Below are positions 35,766 to 47,517 of a stretch of 64,000 nt of DNA, piece after piece (positions within the stretch are counted from its first letter, which is position 1; each line of letters opens with the position of its first letter). The position numbers and the translations under genes are program-made. The stretch is from Zygnema circumcarinatum SAG 698-1b (taxonomy: Eukaryota > Plantae > Zygnematophyceae), in assembly GCA_037447605.1 (NCBI GenBank), contig CM074812.1:248001-312000 (forward strand). Direction: 5' to 3'. The notes below the pieces were generated by a model. That model saw only the letters and a program-made list of their open reading frames with translations, did not search any database and was not told the origin of the DNA.

Positions 35766-38700
35766 TCTCTCTCTCTCTCTCACCCTCTCTCTCTCTCTCT
35801 CACCCTCTCTCTCCTCCCACTCCTTTTCGTTTAAATGAAGTTTCAATAGGGTTTTGAATGTACCTGAAGCTCAGCCCTCTTTTCCGGTCGTTCTGCAACA
35901 AAGGCATTGAAGAGGAGAGGCAAAAAGTTCCGCGAAAAGGAAGCCAAAACTGCTAAGTTCTCTCCCGCCACCTTCGCGGTGTATCTCTCTCTCGCTCTCT
36001 CCCTCGCTGAGCCTCCTCCCGCAACAAACTCCTCCTCCTCCTCCTCCTCTCCCTTTCCCTTCTTAAAAAGAGGAGGATCACCTCGCGCCGCTCGATTTTG
36101 CAAAATCAATGTCTGAAATCACAAGAATGTGGAAAAAAAAAACAAGAATGGAGAGTTTCAGCTTTCTCTATGGCTTCAAATTCTTTTAGAACCCTTTTCG
36201 CAAAAAAAAGAGAAAGAGAAGGGGACAACTCCAACAGCAGATCTGCAGCTTGGCAGCTAAAGAAAACGAAAAACTCTTGAAATACTCCCAAGATCTGCAA
36301 AAAAATTGAAATTATGCGACCACGAGCGACCGAGGGAGGGAGGGAGAGACAGAGAGCGTGGGAGGAAAGAGAAAGCGGGGGAGAAGAGAGAGAGCGAGGG
36401 AGAGACAGAGAGAGGAGGAGAAGAGTTAGAGAGGGAGAGACAGAGAGAGGGAAAGAAGAGAGACAGGCAGGGAGAGAGAGAGAGTGGGAGAAGGAAGAGA
36501 GGGGGAAAGAGACAGAGAGAGGGGAAGAAAAGAGAGAGGGGGAGGGAGAGACAGTGAGAGGAAGAGAAGAGAGGGAGAGAGTCAGAGAGAGGGTAGAAGA
36601 GAGAGAGGGAGAGAGAGACAGTGAGAGGGGGAGAAGAGAGTGAGGGAGAGACAGACAGGGGGAGAAGAGAGGGAAGGAAGACGAGAGAGAGAGAGTGAAA
36701 GGGAGCACCTGCAGGGCCCTACACACTATCGGCCGTAGCGGCGGCTCCTGCGTGAGCGCATCCCCCATGGTCTTGGCGAGGCCGCGCAGGGAGGCGGCGG
36801 TGTCCGCGGGGAGGTTGCACGCCGCGGGGAGGAGCGCCCACAGCGCGGCGCGGCACGCCGAGGCGTTCTTCGCGGCCACGGGGCGACCGGAGGCGGCAGC
36901 CTGGAGGGGGGAGGGAGGGNNNNNNNNNNGGAGGGAGGGAGGGAGGCTTGCCTTCTTGGCGCGTTCTTGTAAGCTTGCAGCGAGGGGGAGAATCTTCTCT
37001 GAGAAGAAGAGGAGAGAGGAGCCGACAATGTGCTGCCGGAGGATCGGAAGGAGCCACACGCGCCACGTGGCGAGTTCCGAGTCGTCCATTTGGAGGGGCA
37101 GGATTGAAAGGAACTGTGCGGGACCCATCGCTGCAATTGCGGACCCAACAGCTGCATGGAGCTGGCAAAAAGGGGAGGAGGAAAATTTCTATCAGCTCTC
37201 TATGCTCGATTCTGTTGGAAAATCCGTTGCATCGTTGAATTCCATCGCATATTTAGCATTTGTTTCAGTGTTATAGGCCCCTCTACCGGTCAGAATTTTG
37301 TCGGAAATTCAGCATTAATCTCACATGTAAAAAGCTGTGGGAAATTGGAAGATTTTGCAGACCTGCTTCCTACAACGTATCTCCGAGTCGGGAAGCTCTT
37401 GCAGCTGACCTAAAGTTCGGACAACATTGGAAAGAAAAAGGTACGAAGCGGGTCCTGAAAGCCATAAAACCCCAAAAGCTTAAAACCCCTGAAAATTTAA
37501 ATAGGTATTGCTATCATAACTTCAAAAGTTAACACTCCAAAAATATTTGAGAAAAAGAGATGGTGTACTCTAATAAGTAGGTCATTTTGTTAGTCAAAAG
37601 AGGTAAACGGCGGGCTAAAAATAAGTCAAAAGAGAAAGGAAATAGGTAGAAAACGAGTGAAAAAGGGACAGAAAGGGGAAATGTGGCGAAAAGGGTGACG
37701 TCATACCAAGTTTATCAAAAAGAGATGACATCAGCAGGAGAGCCATGTCCCATGCTGTGCTGTATTGGTATTGCAAACTGCGTTCCATGGCGGAGCAAAT
37801 CCGTTCAAGAGCACTCGGCCCCGCCTTCCCTTTCAGTTCCGGAGCCTTTCCATGCTGAGAAATTGCATCTTGAATTAACTGTTCGTCAATGCACTTTTCG
37901 ATAACTGAACGGAGACTCTCTGCTGCTCCGTAAACCACGCCTTCTTGCTCGGATGCAAGATGATCTGAACCCAGAAAAAACTGCAAAACATCTTTATATT
38001 GAATTTAAACCCCCCCCACACTTCAACTTTTTCCTTCTCACTCACACCCCGAAGCTGTTCCTTCCCTCCCCCTCTCTCTCTCTTTCTCCCTCCCTCCCCC
38101 CCCTCCCCCTCCCCATCTCTCCCTCTCTACAAACCCTAAAAAACCTAAACCTAAACCTAAAACTATGAAGTTTGACAACCCTAATGATGGACCAACCAGC
38201 TTACCAACTAGAGCATGAAACGCAAACGGAAGTTGTTGTGCACAAATTTTGGAATCGAGTTCATGAAGCTTCTCCAACCCTAATTGCGCGACCTGCACCA
38301 ATCCCCGAATTTCCTCTGTGTCTCCCTTCCCCGGCCTCCCCCCTTCCTCCAAAATCCGTCTCAATACATCCGCCAAAGCCAACGGAGCCATCTGTGCTGT
38401 ACTACGGAACAGGGCAAGGAAATTATCGCACACGTGGCGGGTCAGCATTGGCTGATGCAGCTCCGCTAATTCCGCCAGTCGGACCATAATTCGGTTTATT
38501 GCAGAGGTTGAAAGGAGAGGGAGAATTTGTTTTAGGGTTCCGAGCATGTAGAGAGCTTTAACTGCTGCCTTAACCCCTGCCGGCCGGGAGGGTTCAGGGT
38601 CGGCAGATTTGGCCGATTTTTTTGTTTTTTTCGGCTGAGAGGGGGGTTCTATGTTCTGCTGTTCCGTTATGGCGGCCGTCAACAGATTTTCGCACAAAGA

Positions 38701-40007
38701 AACCACGGAATCGCTGGCTATGGCGTGGGCTTGAGTTCCGCGGAGGTCGGCAAAAACTTCAACGAGAGAAGATTGAGCGAGTTTGCGGACCTGCGGGAGG
38801 GAGGGAGAGAGGGCAGGTTTGGAGAGAGGGAGGGAGCGAGCGAGAGGGGGAGAGAGAGAGAAAGAGAGAGAATGAGAGAGAGGGGTGGGGAGTGGAGGGG
38901 AGAGCAGAAAGAGAGAGTGCGGGAAAGGGGGAAGGGAAGGCAGGGACAGATGGGGAAGGCAGAGGGAGTGGAGAGACATGGAAAGGGGAGAGGGGGTGAG
39001 AGTGGGGAGAGAGAGTGGAAGTGAGGGAGAGACGAGAGGGAGAAGTGGGGAAGAAAGGGAAATTGTGAGTATGGAAGTTGATTATTAAGTGTGAACAGGT
39101 CTAAAATGTGGGTGGGCGAGGATAGTGATTGAAAGCAAAACAAAAATTTCAAATATTCATCTTGAAACCTAAATTGGGCGAAAAGGAAAACAAAATTAAG
39201 TTATGAATTCCCTTTTTTTTTTTACCACCTTTAACTTCCCCATCCTTCACTTTCGTTTCCTTCCTCCCTCCCCCACTCTCCCCCTCCTCACCCTCCCCCC
39301 TCCCCCTTTCCCCCTCCCCACCTTTTTCTTGCTACATGAACACTCAAAGCAGGCTGCTTAGGAGGTAGAAAAATTGGACCCCTCAGCCCTCAGCCCTCAA
39401 CCCTAACTCCTCAACCCTAATTCCTACCCCCTGTCTCCCTCACCTTGGGCCTCCCATCGAGCGCGTGGTGCAGGATTGCCCCGAAGCCGCGGGCCAGAGG
39501 CAGCCAGTTCCCTTTCTCTCCCGCGCAGAGCAGCAGCTGCAGACACTCCAACCCTGCCTTCACTCCCGCCTGCTCTCCCTCCCCTCCCTCTCCCTCTCCC
39601 TCTCCCTCTCCCTCCCTCTCTCCCCCTAAAGCCCGCCACTCCTCCAAGCACGCCACCACCCCTCCCAGCGCCGCCGCCATTTTCGCCCTCAAAACCGCCG
39701 GCGGGGTCTTAGGGAGGACGACGGCGAGGAGGGTGAGCAGGGCTTGGCGTTGGTGGGAGGTGGAATTAGGGTTAGGGTTTAGGGCTTTAGGGTTGGAGGA
39801 GGAGGAGGAGGGGGAAGGGGAAAGGGCGGAAAGGAGAGCGGCGAAGTAGGCCGTAGGGGTGGGAGGGAGGCCCTGCTGGGAGATGACGTCAGCCATGGCG
39901 GCCTGTACGGCCAACAGGCGCTGGTGAGGAGGGAGGCCCGTGCGGCGGTACTTCTCTATGGAGGCGGCGATGGCGTCCATAGCGGCTTCCTCCGACGCGG
40001 CGGCCAT
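29762..40007 (-). CDS. RRP12: RRP12-like ribosome biogenesis protein (NUC173 domain), 19 exons, ~1367 aa
   Basis: Phase-consistent exons: 40007-39444, 38790-38205, 37964-37707, 37454-37363, 37161-36952, 36900-36709, 36112-35864, 35531-35356, 34958-34865, 34709-34653, 34179-34045, 33845-33777, 33408-33301, 33048-32884, 32288-32160, 31690-31589, 31156-31062, 30748-30611 and 30446-29762 (4104 nt). Motifs include MGPAQFLSILPL, VQKKAYKLL, SHMVSASVTALSRLLYEF, KNHFKMKVRVILERLVRRCGYD and EPHAYWPLD. Confidence 0.93.
31270..31580. repeat. Intronic (CT)n minisatellite with repeated CTTTATCTTT(CT)nCGCTCTCTCCCT units
   Basis: Direct inspection of the sequence. Confidence 0.8.
33412..33680. repeat. Intronic minisatellite, five ~50-bp units GAGGGGGATAGAGAGACAGAAC(GA)nGTGT
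   Basis: Units start near 33430, 33481, 33531, 33580 and 33631. Confidence 0.85.
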
Positions 40008-40119
40008 GGCGGCCGCTCAGGGAGGGGGCGGGAGAGAGGAAGAGAGAAAGAGTTGGGTGCGAGGGAAGGGAGAGTGGAAGAGGGAGGGCGAGTTTGCTGA
40101 ACACGAACGGCCATGTTGA

Positions 40120-40170
40120 GGAAGAACCAATCGCGATTCGCCACGTGGAAATAATAACACGTGGCAATCA
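40120..40170 (-). promoter_or_regulatory. Putative RRP12 promoter: two G-boxes and a CCAAT motif
   Basis: CACGTG at 40142-40147 and 40158-40163, CCAAT near 40127, all 120-160 nt upstream of the ATG. Confidence 0.35.
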
Positions 40171-40726
40171 CCTAAGGCTGATGCTGGCGTGACGCTACCT
40201 CCGACAGAAACTCCAAACTGGAAACCGACTGCAAACTGTGGCGAGTTTGCAAATCGGCGAAGGGAAGGCTGCCTAACGAAACGTGACGCAAAAGTCGCAT
40301 GCAGTGACGTGGAGTGGTGTCTAGGCTACGTCACGTCTTTTCGTAAGCGGGAAAATTGAGATACGGTACAGTACCCCTTCTTACTTAGGGTAAGACCCAT
40401 ATACAGTATACCGCCCCCCCCCCCCCCTATATACACATCTTTTTTGGAAAGGTACACACCTTTTTCGCCGGTCCGATTTGAGTTTTGGGATTTTTTCTAA
40501 AGGTGTGCTTCTATCTCAAAAAAAAAAATGTGTAAATAACAAATTTCTCAGTTTTAGGATTTTCGGGCAGGCGAAAAACGTGACAGGAAGCGGGGCCGAG
40601 TTTCTGGTGGGAAACTGCGAGCCGCAAAGTTGACGGAGGGTGACGTAAGGGAGTTCGCGACAAGTTCATAAAGCAATGCGGGGCATGACGTGGGACGAAA
40701 ACGAACGGAAGCAAAAGAAAATTTCA

Positions 40727-40751
40727 TGCGGTGAGCGTGGATCGAACACGC

Positions 40752-40794
<43 letters not shown>

Positions 40795-40799
40795 CCCGC
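40727..40799 (-). tRNA. trnF(GAA): tRNA-Phe(GAA), identical to 29061-29133
   Basis: Exact reverse complement of the 73-nt copy at 29061; AT-rich upstream flank. Confidence 0.98.
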
Positions 40800-41130
40800 A
40801 TGTGTAAACTTAAGCACTACAAAATAATTATTTATTTATACACTGAAAAATAACATCACACATAAACAAGCAAAGGCAGCAATTCAGAATTTTGACATTC
40901 CGAGCCTCCAATGGGCCTGCAAGCATTGCCATCGCCAGGAGGTTCACCTCCTCCAACCCTGTACCAGTCATCAGCAGCAGTCATCAGTCATGCACTTTTC
41001 AGGAGTCATTCTCCTCTTATCTAAAAATTAGAAGCAGAGATCATTTTACACCAGCCGCACATCAATCACCCTTCATCAAAATTTTGCAATTTTCTACAAA
41101 AAATTGAGGATCAAACTAGTGCAAGCATTA

Positions 41131-41163
41131 CCTAACCCTAGCCCTAACCCTAACCCTAACCCT
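41131..41163. repeat. Interstitial telomere-like (CCCTAA)n tract
   Basis: CCTAACCCTAGCCCTAACCCTAACCCTAACCCT. Confidence 0.75.
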
Positions 41164-41245
41164 TATCCTATGCATCGAATCAGAGTCAAAATGAAATGAA
41201 ATGAAAGTTCACATCTAAAAGTAAAAGATTTCAGAAACCAAATTC

Positions 41246-42748
41246 CTATACATCTCCCTTTCCAAACGTTTCCGGGAACTTCACGACGACCTCAAACTCT
41301 CCGTTCCATGACATCTTCAACCCTAACTGATCCCACGGACATGTAAACACCACCCCTGGAAACAGGCCCTCCAGCTTATGAATCTCCTTCAACAGAAGAA
41401 AAGTGTCCTGAAAATCGAGCCGGTCTGCAAATGTGAGCTCCACCTTCTTCAACGCCGGACACACTGAAAAATAATTCGACAAAATATCTAATTCTGCAAC
41501 TCGTGGAGAGTATGCATCTCCCTCTTCCGGCTTCCCCCATCGAAGCTCCTCCGCCCTAAACTCCTGCAGCTCTGGAAACTCAGGAAGCTTCTTCGTCTTA
41601 TTTCTGCATGCGTTCTCGAAGCGGAACAGAGGAGCGGTGGTTGCAACAGTCAACATTTGCAAGGTTTCCGCATTTTTGGAGAGCAGATCTTGGAGCAAGA
41701 TCTCGCTTGTAAGCTGGCTCACATGGATCTGCCGGAGCCGCATCTCCTCGTCAAGAAACTCCGCTTGCACGATGCATGTGTAGACAGTTGTGAGCCAACA
41801 AATCTCCTCCAAATTATGTGCAGATGACAGTATGAGCTTCTCCACCCACATCCCCTTCTCCTGCGCGTTGATCTTCAGGCTCACAAGGCTCGGACAGTCC
41901 ACAGTTAAGCGTCTTGTGCGCATAGAAACCTCCAAACGTCTCAAATTTGGAACCCTAATCTTCACCTCTTCTTGAAGCTTGCGCGCCGCACCTCCATGCT
42001 CCGACGCAGGCGTCATATTGAAGGCCAGCTCCGTCAGACATGGAAACAGTTCCAGAAACGCCTGCAAGGAGCCTGCCTCGACGATGTTGCAGGACATAGA
42101 AAGCGCAGTTACGTTCCGTAAAGGCGAACAGCTCCGCAGTTCCGCCAAGTACTCCTTCGTGAGACAGACCTTCACATCGAGATTCTGAAGCTCATGAAGC
42201 TTCGCTATGGCGCGGAGCTGCCCAGGGTTCAGCGCATCCTTCACCTTGAGAGATTTTAGGGTTTTGCCGACCCTCTTCCCCCATAGAAGCAGCCTCTCCG
42301 CACTCACACCCGCCCTCCTGCGGCAGCTTCCGATCTCCAAATGCCTCAAATTTTCTGCCATAGAAACGAGGTCCGTTGAACTGTCCGTGGAACGGCCTTC
42401 CGTTGCCGAGAACGGAACCATGAAGTCGCTCCCCAGGGAGGCGGAGGAGAGGCGGAGCGTGGGGACGAGGCGAACGGCGGCGCGGAAGGGCACGCAGACG
42501 GCGGAGAGGCGGAGGAGGGAGGCGTCAAATCCGGCGGAGGCGAGGAGGAAGATGTGGGAGAGGAGGGAGGGGGGAAGGAGGAGGAAAGGGGGCAGGGAGG
42601 GGGAGGAGGGGAGAGAGGGAAAGGGAGAGGGAGGACGAGAGGGAGAGGGAGAGGGAGAGGGAGGGAGGGAGGGAGAGGGAGGAAGAGAGGGAGAGGGAGT
42701 GGGGTACGTGGCGGCGCGGAAGCGTTTGGTAAAGGGGATGATATCCAT
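41246..42748 (-). CDS. F-box protein with degenerate LRR/FBD-like C-terminus (500 aa, intronless)
   Basis: F-box motif FLLLPPSLLSHIFLL...LLRLSAVCVPFRAAV after a Pro/Ser tract; LRR-like segments (LQNLDV, FPCLTELAF, VPNLRRLEV, CPSLVSLKI, CPALKKVEL). Confidence 0.8.
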   Translation of the reverse strand: MDIIPFTKRFRAATYPTPSPSLPPSPSLPPSPSPSPSRPPSPFPSLPSSPSLPPFLLLPPSLLSHIFLLASAGFDASLLRLSAVCVPFRAAVRLVPTLRLSSASLGSDFMVPFSATEGRSTDSSTDLVSMAENLRHLEIGSCRRRAGVSAERLLLWGKRVGKTLKSLKVKDALNPGQLRAIAKLHELQNLDVKVCLTKEYLAELRSCSPLRNVTALSMSCNIVEAGSLQAFLELFPCLTELAFNMTPASEHGGAARKLQEEVKIRVPNLRRLEVSMRTRRLTVDCPSLVSLKINAQEKGMWVEKLILSSAHNLEEICWLTTVYTCIVQAEFLDEEMRLRQIHVSQLTSEILLQDLLSKNAETLQMLTVATTAPLFRFENACRNKTKKLPEFPELQEFRAEELRWGKPEEGDAYSPRVAELDILSNYFSVCPALKKVELTFADRLDFQDTFLLLKEIHKLEGLFPGVVFTCPWDQLGLKMSWNGEFEVVVKFPETFGKGDV

Positions 42749-43788
42749 GCTCGTAATTGAGAGAGGAGTGAGGGAGAGGGAGAGGGAGAGGGAGAGGGAG
42801 AGGGAGAGGGAGAGGGAGAGGGAGAGAGGGAGAGAGAGGCGGGAGGGAGAGTGGGAGAAGAGAGAGATGGAGATACAGGGCGAGGGACGGAGGGAGGGAG
42901 ACAGAGAGGGAGGAGGGAGTGAGGGGGGGGAGGTGAGCGGGAGTGGCAGTGAGAGAGGGGAAGAGAGGGAGAGTGGGAGAGTGGGGGAGAGGGGGGAGGT
43001 GAGAGGGAGGAGTTAGACAGCGGAAATTTGTAGGGTGAAATAAGAATCGGTACCGCGCAAGAACTGGAGATCGACTGCCGTTGCTGACGAGGGACGGTTG
43101 AACAAGAAACTAGTACAGACTACGCATTCTGCAATGCCTAAAATAGGTGACCTAATGGTACGGTTTTTGAATATCGCGTTTTTCTTATTACCAGCGAAGG
43201 AACTCTTTCGTTCCGTTGCCCGCCACATCGGACACTAGCCACCGAGCACTCGTCACGTGTTCACTATGTACACGTGGCGAACTATAATTGGTTAATTTTG
43301 CAGGCCTGTTGCCGTATGGAACGCGCAAATCTGTCCCGCTCAGGTACGACAAAAAGGAATAAATGAGGGCGCACGCGGGGCTTGCCACGTCCACACGCAT
43401 GCCTGATGTGTCACGTCCGAATATGCCGCTTGTGCAGAACGCATGGAACTTCACGTCACACAATCATGCACTTGAGGGCGCACAAGCCGATATGTGGACC
43501 CTGACGCACCACCGACGATTTCTATTGGCTGTTGGTGTGAAAAGTCAACGCGACTTACGAAAACAAAGGAAGGATCTGGATCTTGAACTCATCAGATACG
43601 ACAGATAGTCTAGATTTGAATCTTTCGTACTGTACAGCAGATACGAAGAATCTGAAGTACAAGTACTATGACAGATTCTTTTTTTGTCAGTTCTGTTACA
43701 GTACCGCACCCTAGTATTTTCCACCCGAGGACTTTCGTTACCCAAGAATATTTGGAGGAAACCACTTTTCTCCGCACTTTAGTCAGTA

Positions 43789-43945
43789 GGGGGTGTCAGA
43801 CTTAAAAAAATTCAGTACGCGTGTTTGTAAGTTTGACATCAGAACGAGTACTCCAGTATAATCGCGATCCTCCTGCGGCGGAGTACTTTCGTAACCTTTT
43901 TTTTCGTAACGCTTTTCGTAAGATTTTGTTAAGTCTGACACCCCC
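43789..43945. mobile_element. 157-bp MITE with perfect 17-bp TIRs and TA target duplication
   Basis: TA|GGGGGTGTCAGACTTAA (43789-43805) ... TTAAGTCTGACACCCCC|TA (43929-43945). Confidence 0.85.
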
Positions 43946-44224
43946 TAGTGTTAATGTATTAGGGGTATTAACCTAACCTGACGTATTTTTCATTACAAAA
44001 TCTGTTAATCGAAACAAATTTCGAACATGGAACACGCTATTCCGCTGTAACGCAAGTACGGATAAAATCTCTAGATCGTACGGTATATGGACGGCACCAA
44101 TACAGTACGGTAGGGGGTCCATTTTCCACCCTGGTTTTTGCCAATTTGAAGCGAAAATATTGATTTTGCATATATAAGGTTCGTGTTACCAAAGGCGGGC
44201 GGTATTATGTTAGAGTTCATGTTG

Positions 44225-44670
44225 GACCGTACGTATCGCCGTACGTATCGTATCGTACAATGTCGTACCGTATCGTACTGTATCATTCAGTGTCGTATCG
44301 TATCGTGCCATATCGTAACGCATAGACGTAGTTTTCCGCTCTTTGTGCGTCTCAGCTCGTACGGCTAGTACCGTATCGGGGCGTTTCGTATCGTACCGTA
44401 TTGTACTGTGACGGCTACTGCAGATCGTACGGCTAGTACGGATAGTACCGTATCGGGGCGTTTCGTATCATACCGTATCGTATCGTACCTTACCGTACCG
44501 TATCGTGTCATATCGAAGCCAAGAAGTAGGGGAGAAGAGCGAGCGCCTCTTACGGCGGCACGTGCGGGGAGATTAGGTGAAGTTTTGCGTAAGCCCGTAA
44601 CGGCTAGTACAGCTAGTACGGCTAGTACGGCTAGTACGGCCAATACGGACAGTACGGCTAACACACAGTT
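44225..44670. repeat. CGTAT/CGTAC pentamer and CGGCTAGTA 9-mer satellite-like tract
   Basis: Many CGTAT(C)/CGTAC units, a duplicated block CGGCTAGTAC...CGTATCGGGGCGTTTCGTATC (~44361 and ~44430), and four tandem (C)GGCTAGTA units at ~44620-44660. Confidence 0.75.
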
Positions 44671-44984
44671 ACCGTACAAAAAGGTGGTTTCGGCAAAATC
44701 GGGGCGTGTAGCACAAGATAAGTGGGGTTAAGAGGAGACTGCTGAGCTAGTTGAAGGTGCTGTACGGCCACTCGCGCGTGCGTGCTGAAACTAATGNNNN
44801 NNNNNNAGACAAGGATATCATCGAGGTAAACCAAAACAAACTCGTCCATGCCGATGAACATCTCGTTCATTACAGCCTGGAAAGTCGCCGGAGCATTAGT
44901 CAATCCAAAGGGCAACACCTTATATTGGAAATGACCAATCGATTGTCAGGAACGCGGTTTTGGCATCACGACTACGTGGCGGTC

Positions 44985-47517
44985 TTGTTGTTGATGCGGG
45001 GACTCCTCATTTTGTGCGGCTTCTCCCACTTCGCATCACCTTCGCCGGTTCAGCGTTCCAGTCGATGATGACATTTCCCAAACTCTCCACATTCCTCCTG
45101 GCCATTTACTCACCAGTGAACCTCTCGGAGATATGCCTGTGAGTCTACTTGAGAAAAGGATAGGAGAAAGCTCTCGGCTCACAAACTCATAATAATAATC
45201 TTATCGCGCAAAATGAGGGCCCTCTCAAATAGCCCAATAAACTCAAAAGCCCACTACCTCGCAGCACAAGCAAGTGTAATGTTCAGCAACACGAGCATCA
45301 GCTTCTCAGAGTCTACAATGTTGGTGCAAGGGGCAGCAAGAAAGGAAAGACACAAGGAAAGGGCAACACATGCCCTGGGTATCAGAGCTCAAAACTTTTC
45401 TTTTGCTTCTCCTTGGGCCACATACCGCTTCCGCCACGATATGCCTTCTCGTCCACCTCTTGCCCAGTGCGCCTGTGAAACTAAACACGCCTCAACAAGT
45501 GCACTTCTTCATCTCCTCCATGGTCTCGGCTCCTCAACTCCACGCTCCTCCAATGATCTCCTCGTGTGGAGCAACACACCGCCCATACAATGGTCGCCTC
45601 CACTCATCCTGCACACGTCGATCAACCTTACGAGGACTCCACATGACCCGAATGATCTGATGGTAAGGAGAAAGCCCACGGCCCTAAAAACTCCTTAAAC
45701 TTCATGAGTGTAATACAAGCTCCTTTAGGGGAAATCTACATAATCCTTATGCTAGATTCTCCCTCTCTCATGAAACACTATCCTATCCCTCTCATATAGA
45801 TAGCTACACCCCAGCTACCCGTGTAAGCACTATTTGCCTCCATGAACTCCTCCTCTACCTCTCAACACATGAGGGGACACACATCTGGCGCTCCTTCACT
45901 AAAGCTTAGCATGATGAGAGCTAGTTCCTTCACGACAACTTCATACACAAGGCGGACTCCTCTAGGCCTCGGCCTCGCCTACTCTTCCTTCTGACGGGGT
46001 CCCGTGACACCCAACATTGAGGAGAGAGTGGTGGGTAGAGGCCAAGCTTGCTCCCTCTTAAACAATGGCGGCCCGTGACCACCGATGTCGCGTCCGCGGG
46101 CGCGATAGCGGCGCATGCGTTCAGCGGCCAGGCAAAGCGGATTCGGCGGCGTATCGGATTCAACAGCGCGGCAGCGGGTCTCCGTAAACTGCGCGCCCGT
46201 ACCGACCTACCAAGGTAAATTAAAATCTTTATTCGCCCGCCCGGCCATTACCCGTCCGCGCCCAGCCGTACATATCCGTAGCCCATTTCAAGTCTTGACT
46301 TCGGTCCCTTCTCGATTGACCTCGATCCCCTTGTGGACGCACTAGGGTCCTTGATACGGCGTGCACGCCTCTGCATTCATTTCGCGAAGCGTCTTGGTCT
46401 CTGCGGCCAAACTTCCGTAAAGTAAGCCCGAACTGCATTAAATGCTCTGCCCAGCGACCCGTCATCTTCCGGCTTACGTGCGAATCCGCCTCTACGCGCC
46501 AGAAAAATATCTTAGCGTCCATTAGATTTCCGCGCGTCGTCGCGTACGATTAGCCTTGTAGGTCAAATGCGGCCAGCAGCTCCCCACTTCGTTCAAGCAC
46601 ATTAGGTACACCCTTTGAATGCGGTCACAAGCCTAAAGCGTATTAATTCTACGCGACCCTAGACGCTACTGAACTGGTACCATGCCTAACCGATCACGGG
46701 CACCGTATTGATCTTACACCAAACATGACCAGTCATGCATAACATTGTCCCTATACCACCACATTGATGTCCCGGACAACATTCATGCTAGGAACTAAGT
46801 ACCAACACCTTGATGTACCCTATACATCAACATACAATAGCTACGTTGATAATCAGAAGTTAAAGATTAACAACCAAACAAAATAACACAACATATCTTG
46901 TAGCCATAGCATCCGTGTAGCTACCACCATCTGACAAGCTCCCCAACTTGCTCCGGTAGCGGCGCGGGTATATCCGATCCTCATCTGCGGCGAAGTCGGG
47001 ATCGTCGGCTCACCACCACGGATCCGTCGTTTTCCTCTGTCGGATCAGGCTGAAGCCTCTAGGCCAATCCGTCTTTGCGTAGGTAGGATCGACCAGCCTC
47101 GCGATTGATGACAGCGTCAAACTCAGCGTCGTCATGCGCCCAGCGGCACCATCGGCGCGCTCCGTCTGATGTGTGATGAATGCGCCTGGCCCAGGCATTT
47201 TGGCAGCGCATCTGTCAAGTCGAGTCGTTCAACCCAAAGGTTGGCCAGCAGCGCCCGGCGTCACTTTGATTAGCGCCAGTGCGCCCGTCGATACCCACAT
47301 CTTCAATTCGCTCAGCGGCGGCGTAAAGCATCCGAAAATCGCACCTTTCGATTTGTTGCGTGGCGCCTGCGTCGCCGACTCGATGCGGCGCGCCCTCTTC
47401 CCGCAGAGCCAAATGTCCGTACGCCCGCTACTAACTTAGCGCACATGCGCCGAAACACCGCCAGCAAACACACAACTAATGTTCGACAAAGCGTGTGCTA
47501 AGCTATCATTTTGCTAA
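44985..47517 (-). mobile_element. Copia A-related LTR (C1) with a scrambled internal ~1.4 kb that includes a Gypsy RNaseH-like fragment
   Basis: LTR halves at ~44985-45400 and ~46830-47517 resemble the reverse complement of LTR-A; candidate TSD CGGTC at 44980-44984 and 47518-47522; SRKMTGRWAEHLMQF at ~46400-46500. Very noisy sequence. Confidence 0.55.

Noticed and set aside
28191-39152. Numerous SL/ER/PS-rich ORFs in the track
   Set aside because: Translations of intronic or UTR GA/CT microsatellites, or antisense frames of RRP12 exons.
42540-42707. Intron in the F-box gene after ...RAAT|GTACC
   Set aside because: No AG acceptor lies before the F-box motif, and the CT-rich stretch reads in frame directly into it.
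43363-43608. 81-aa ATG-initiated ORF divergent from the F-box gene
   Set aside because: No recognisable domain; it lies in motif-rich promoter-like DNA.
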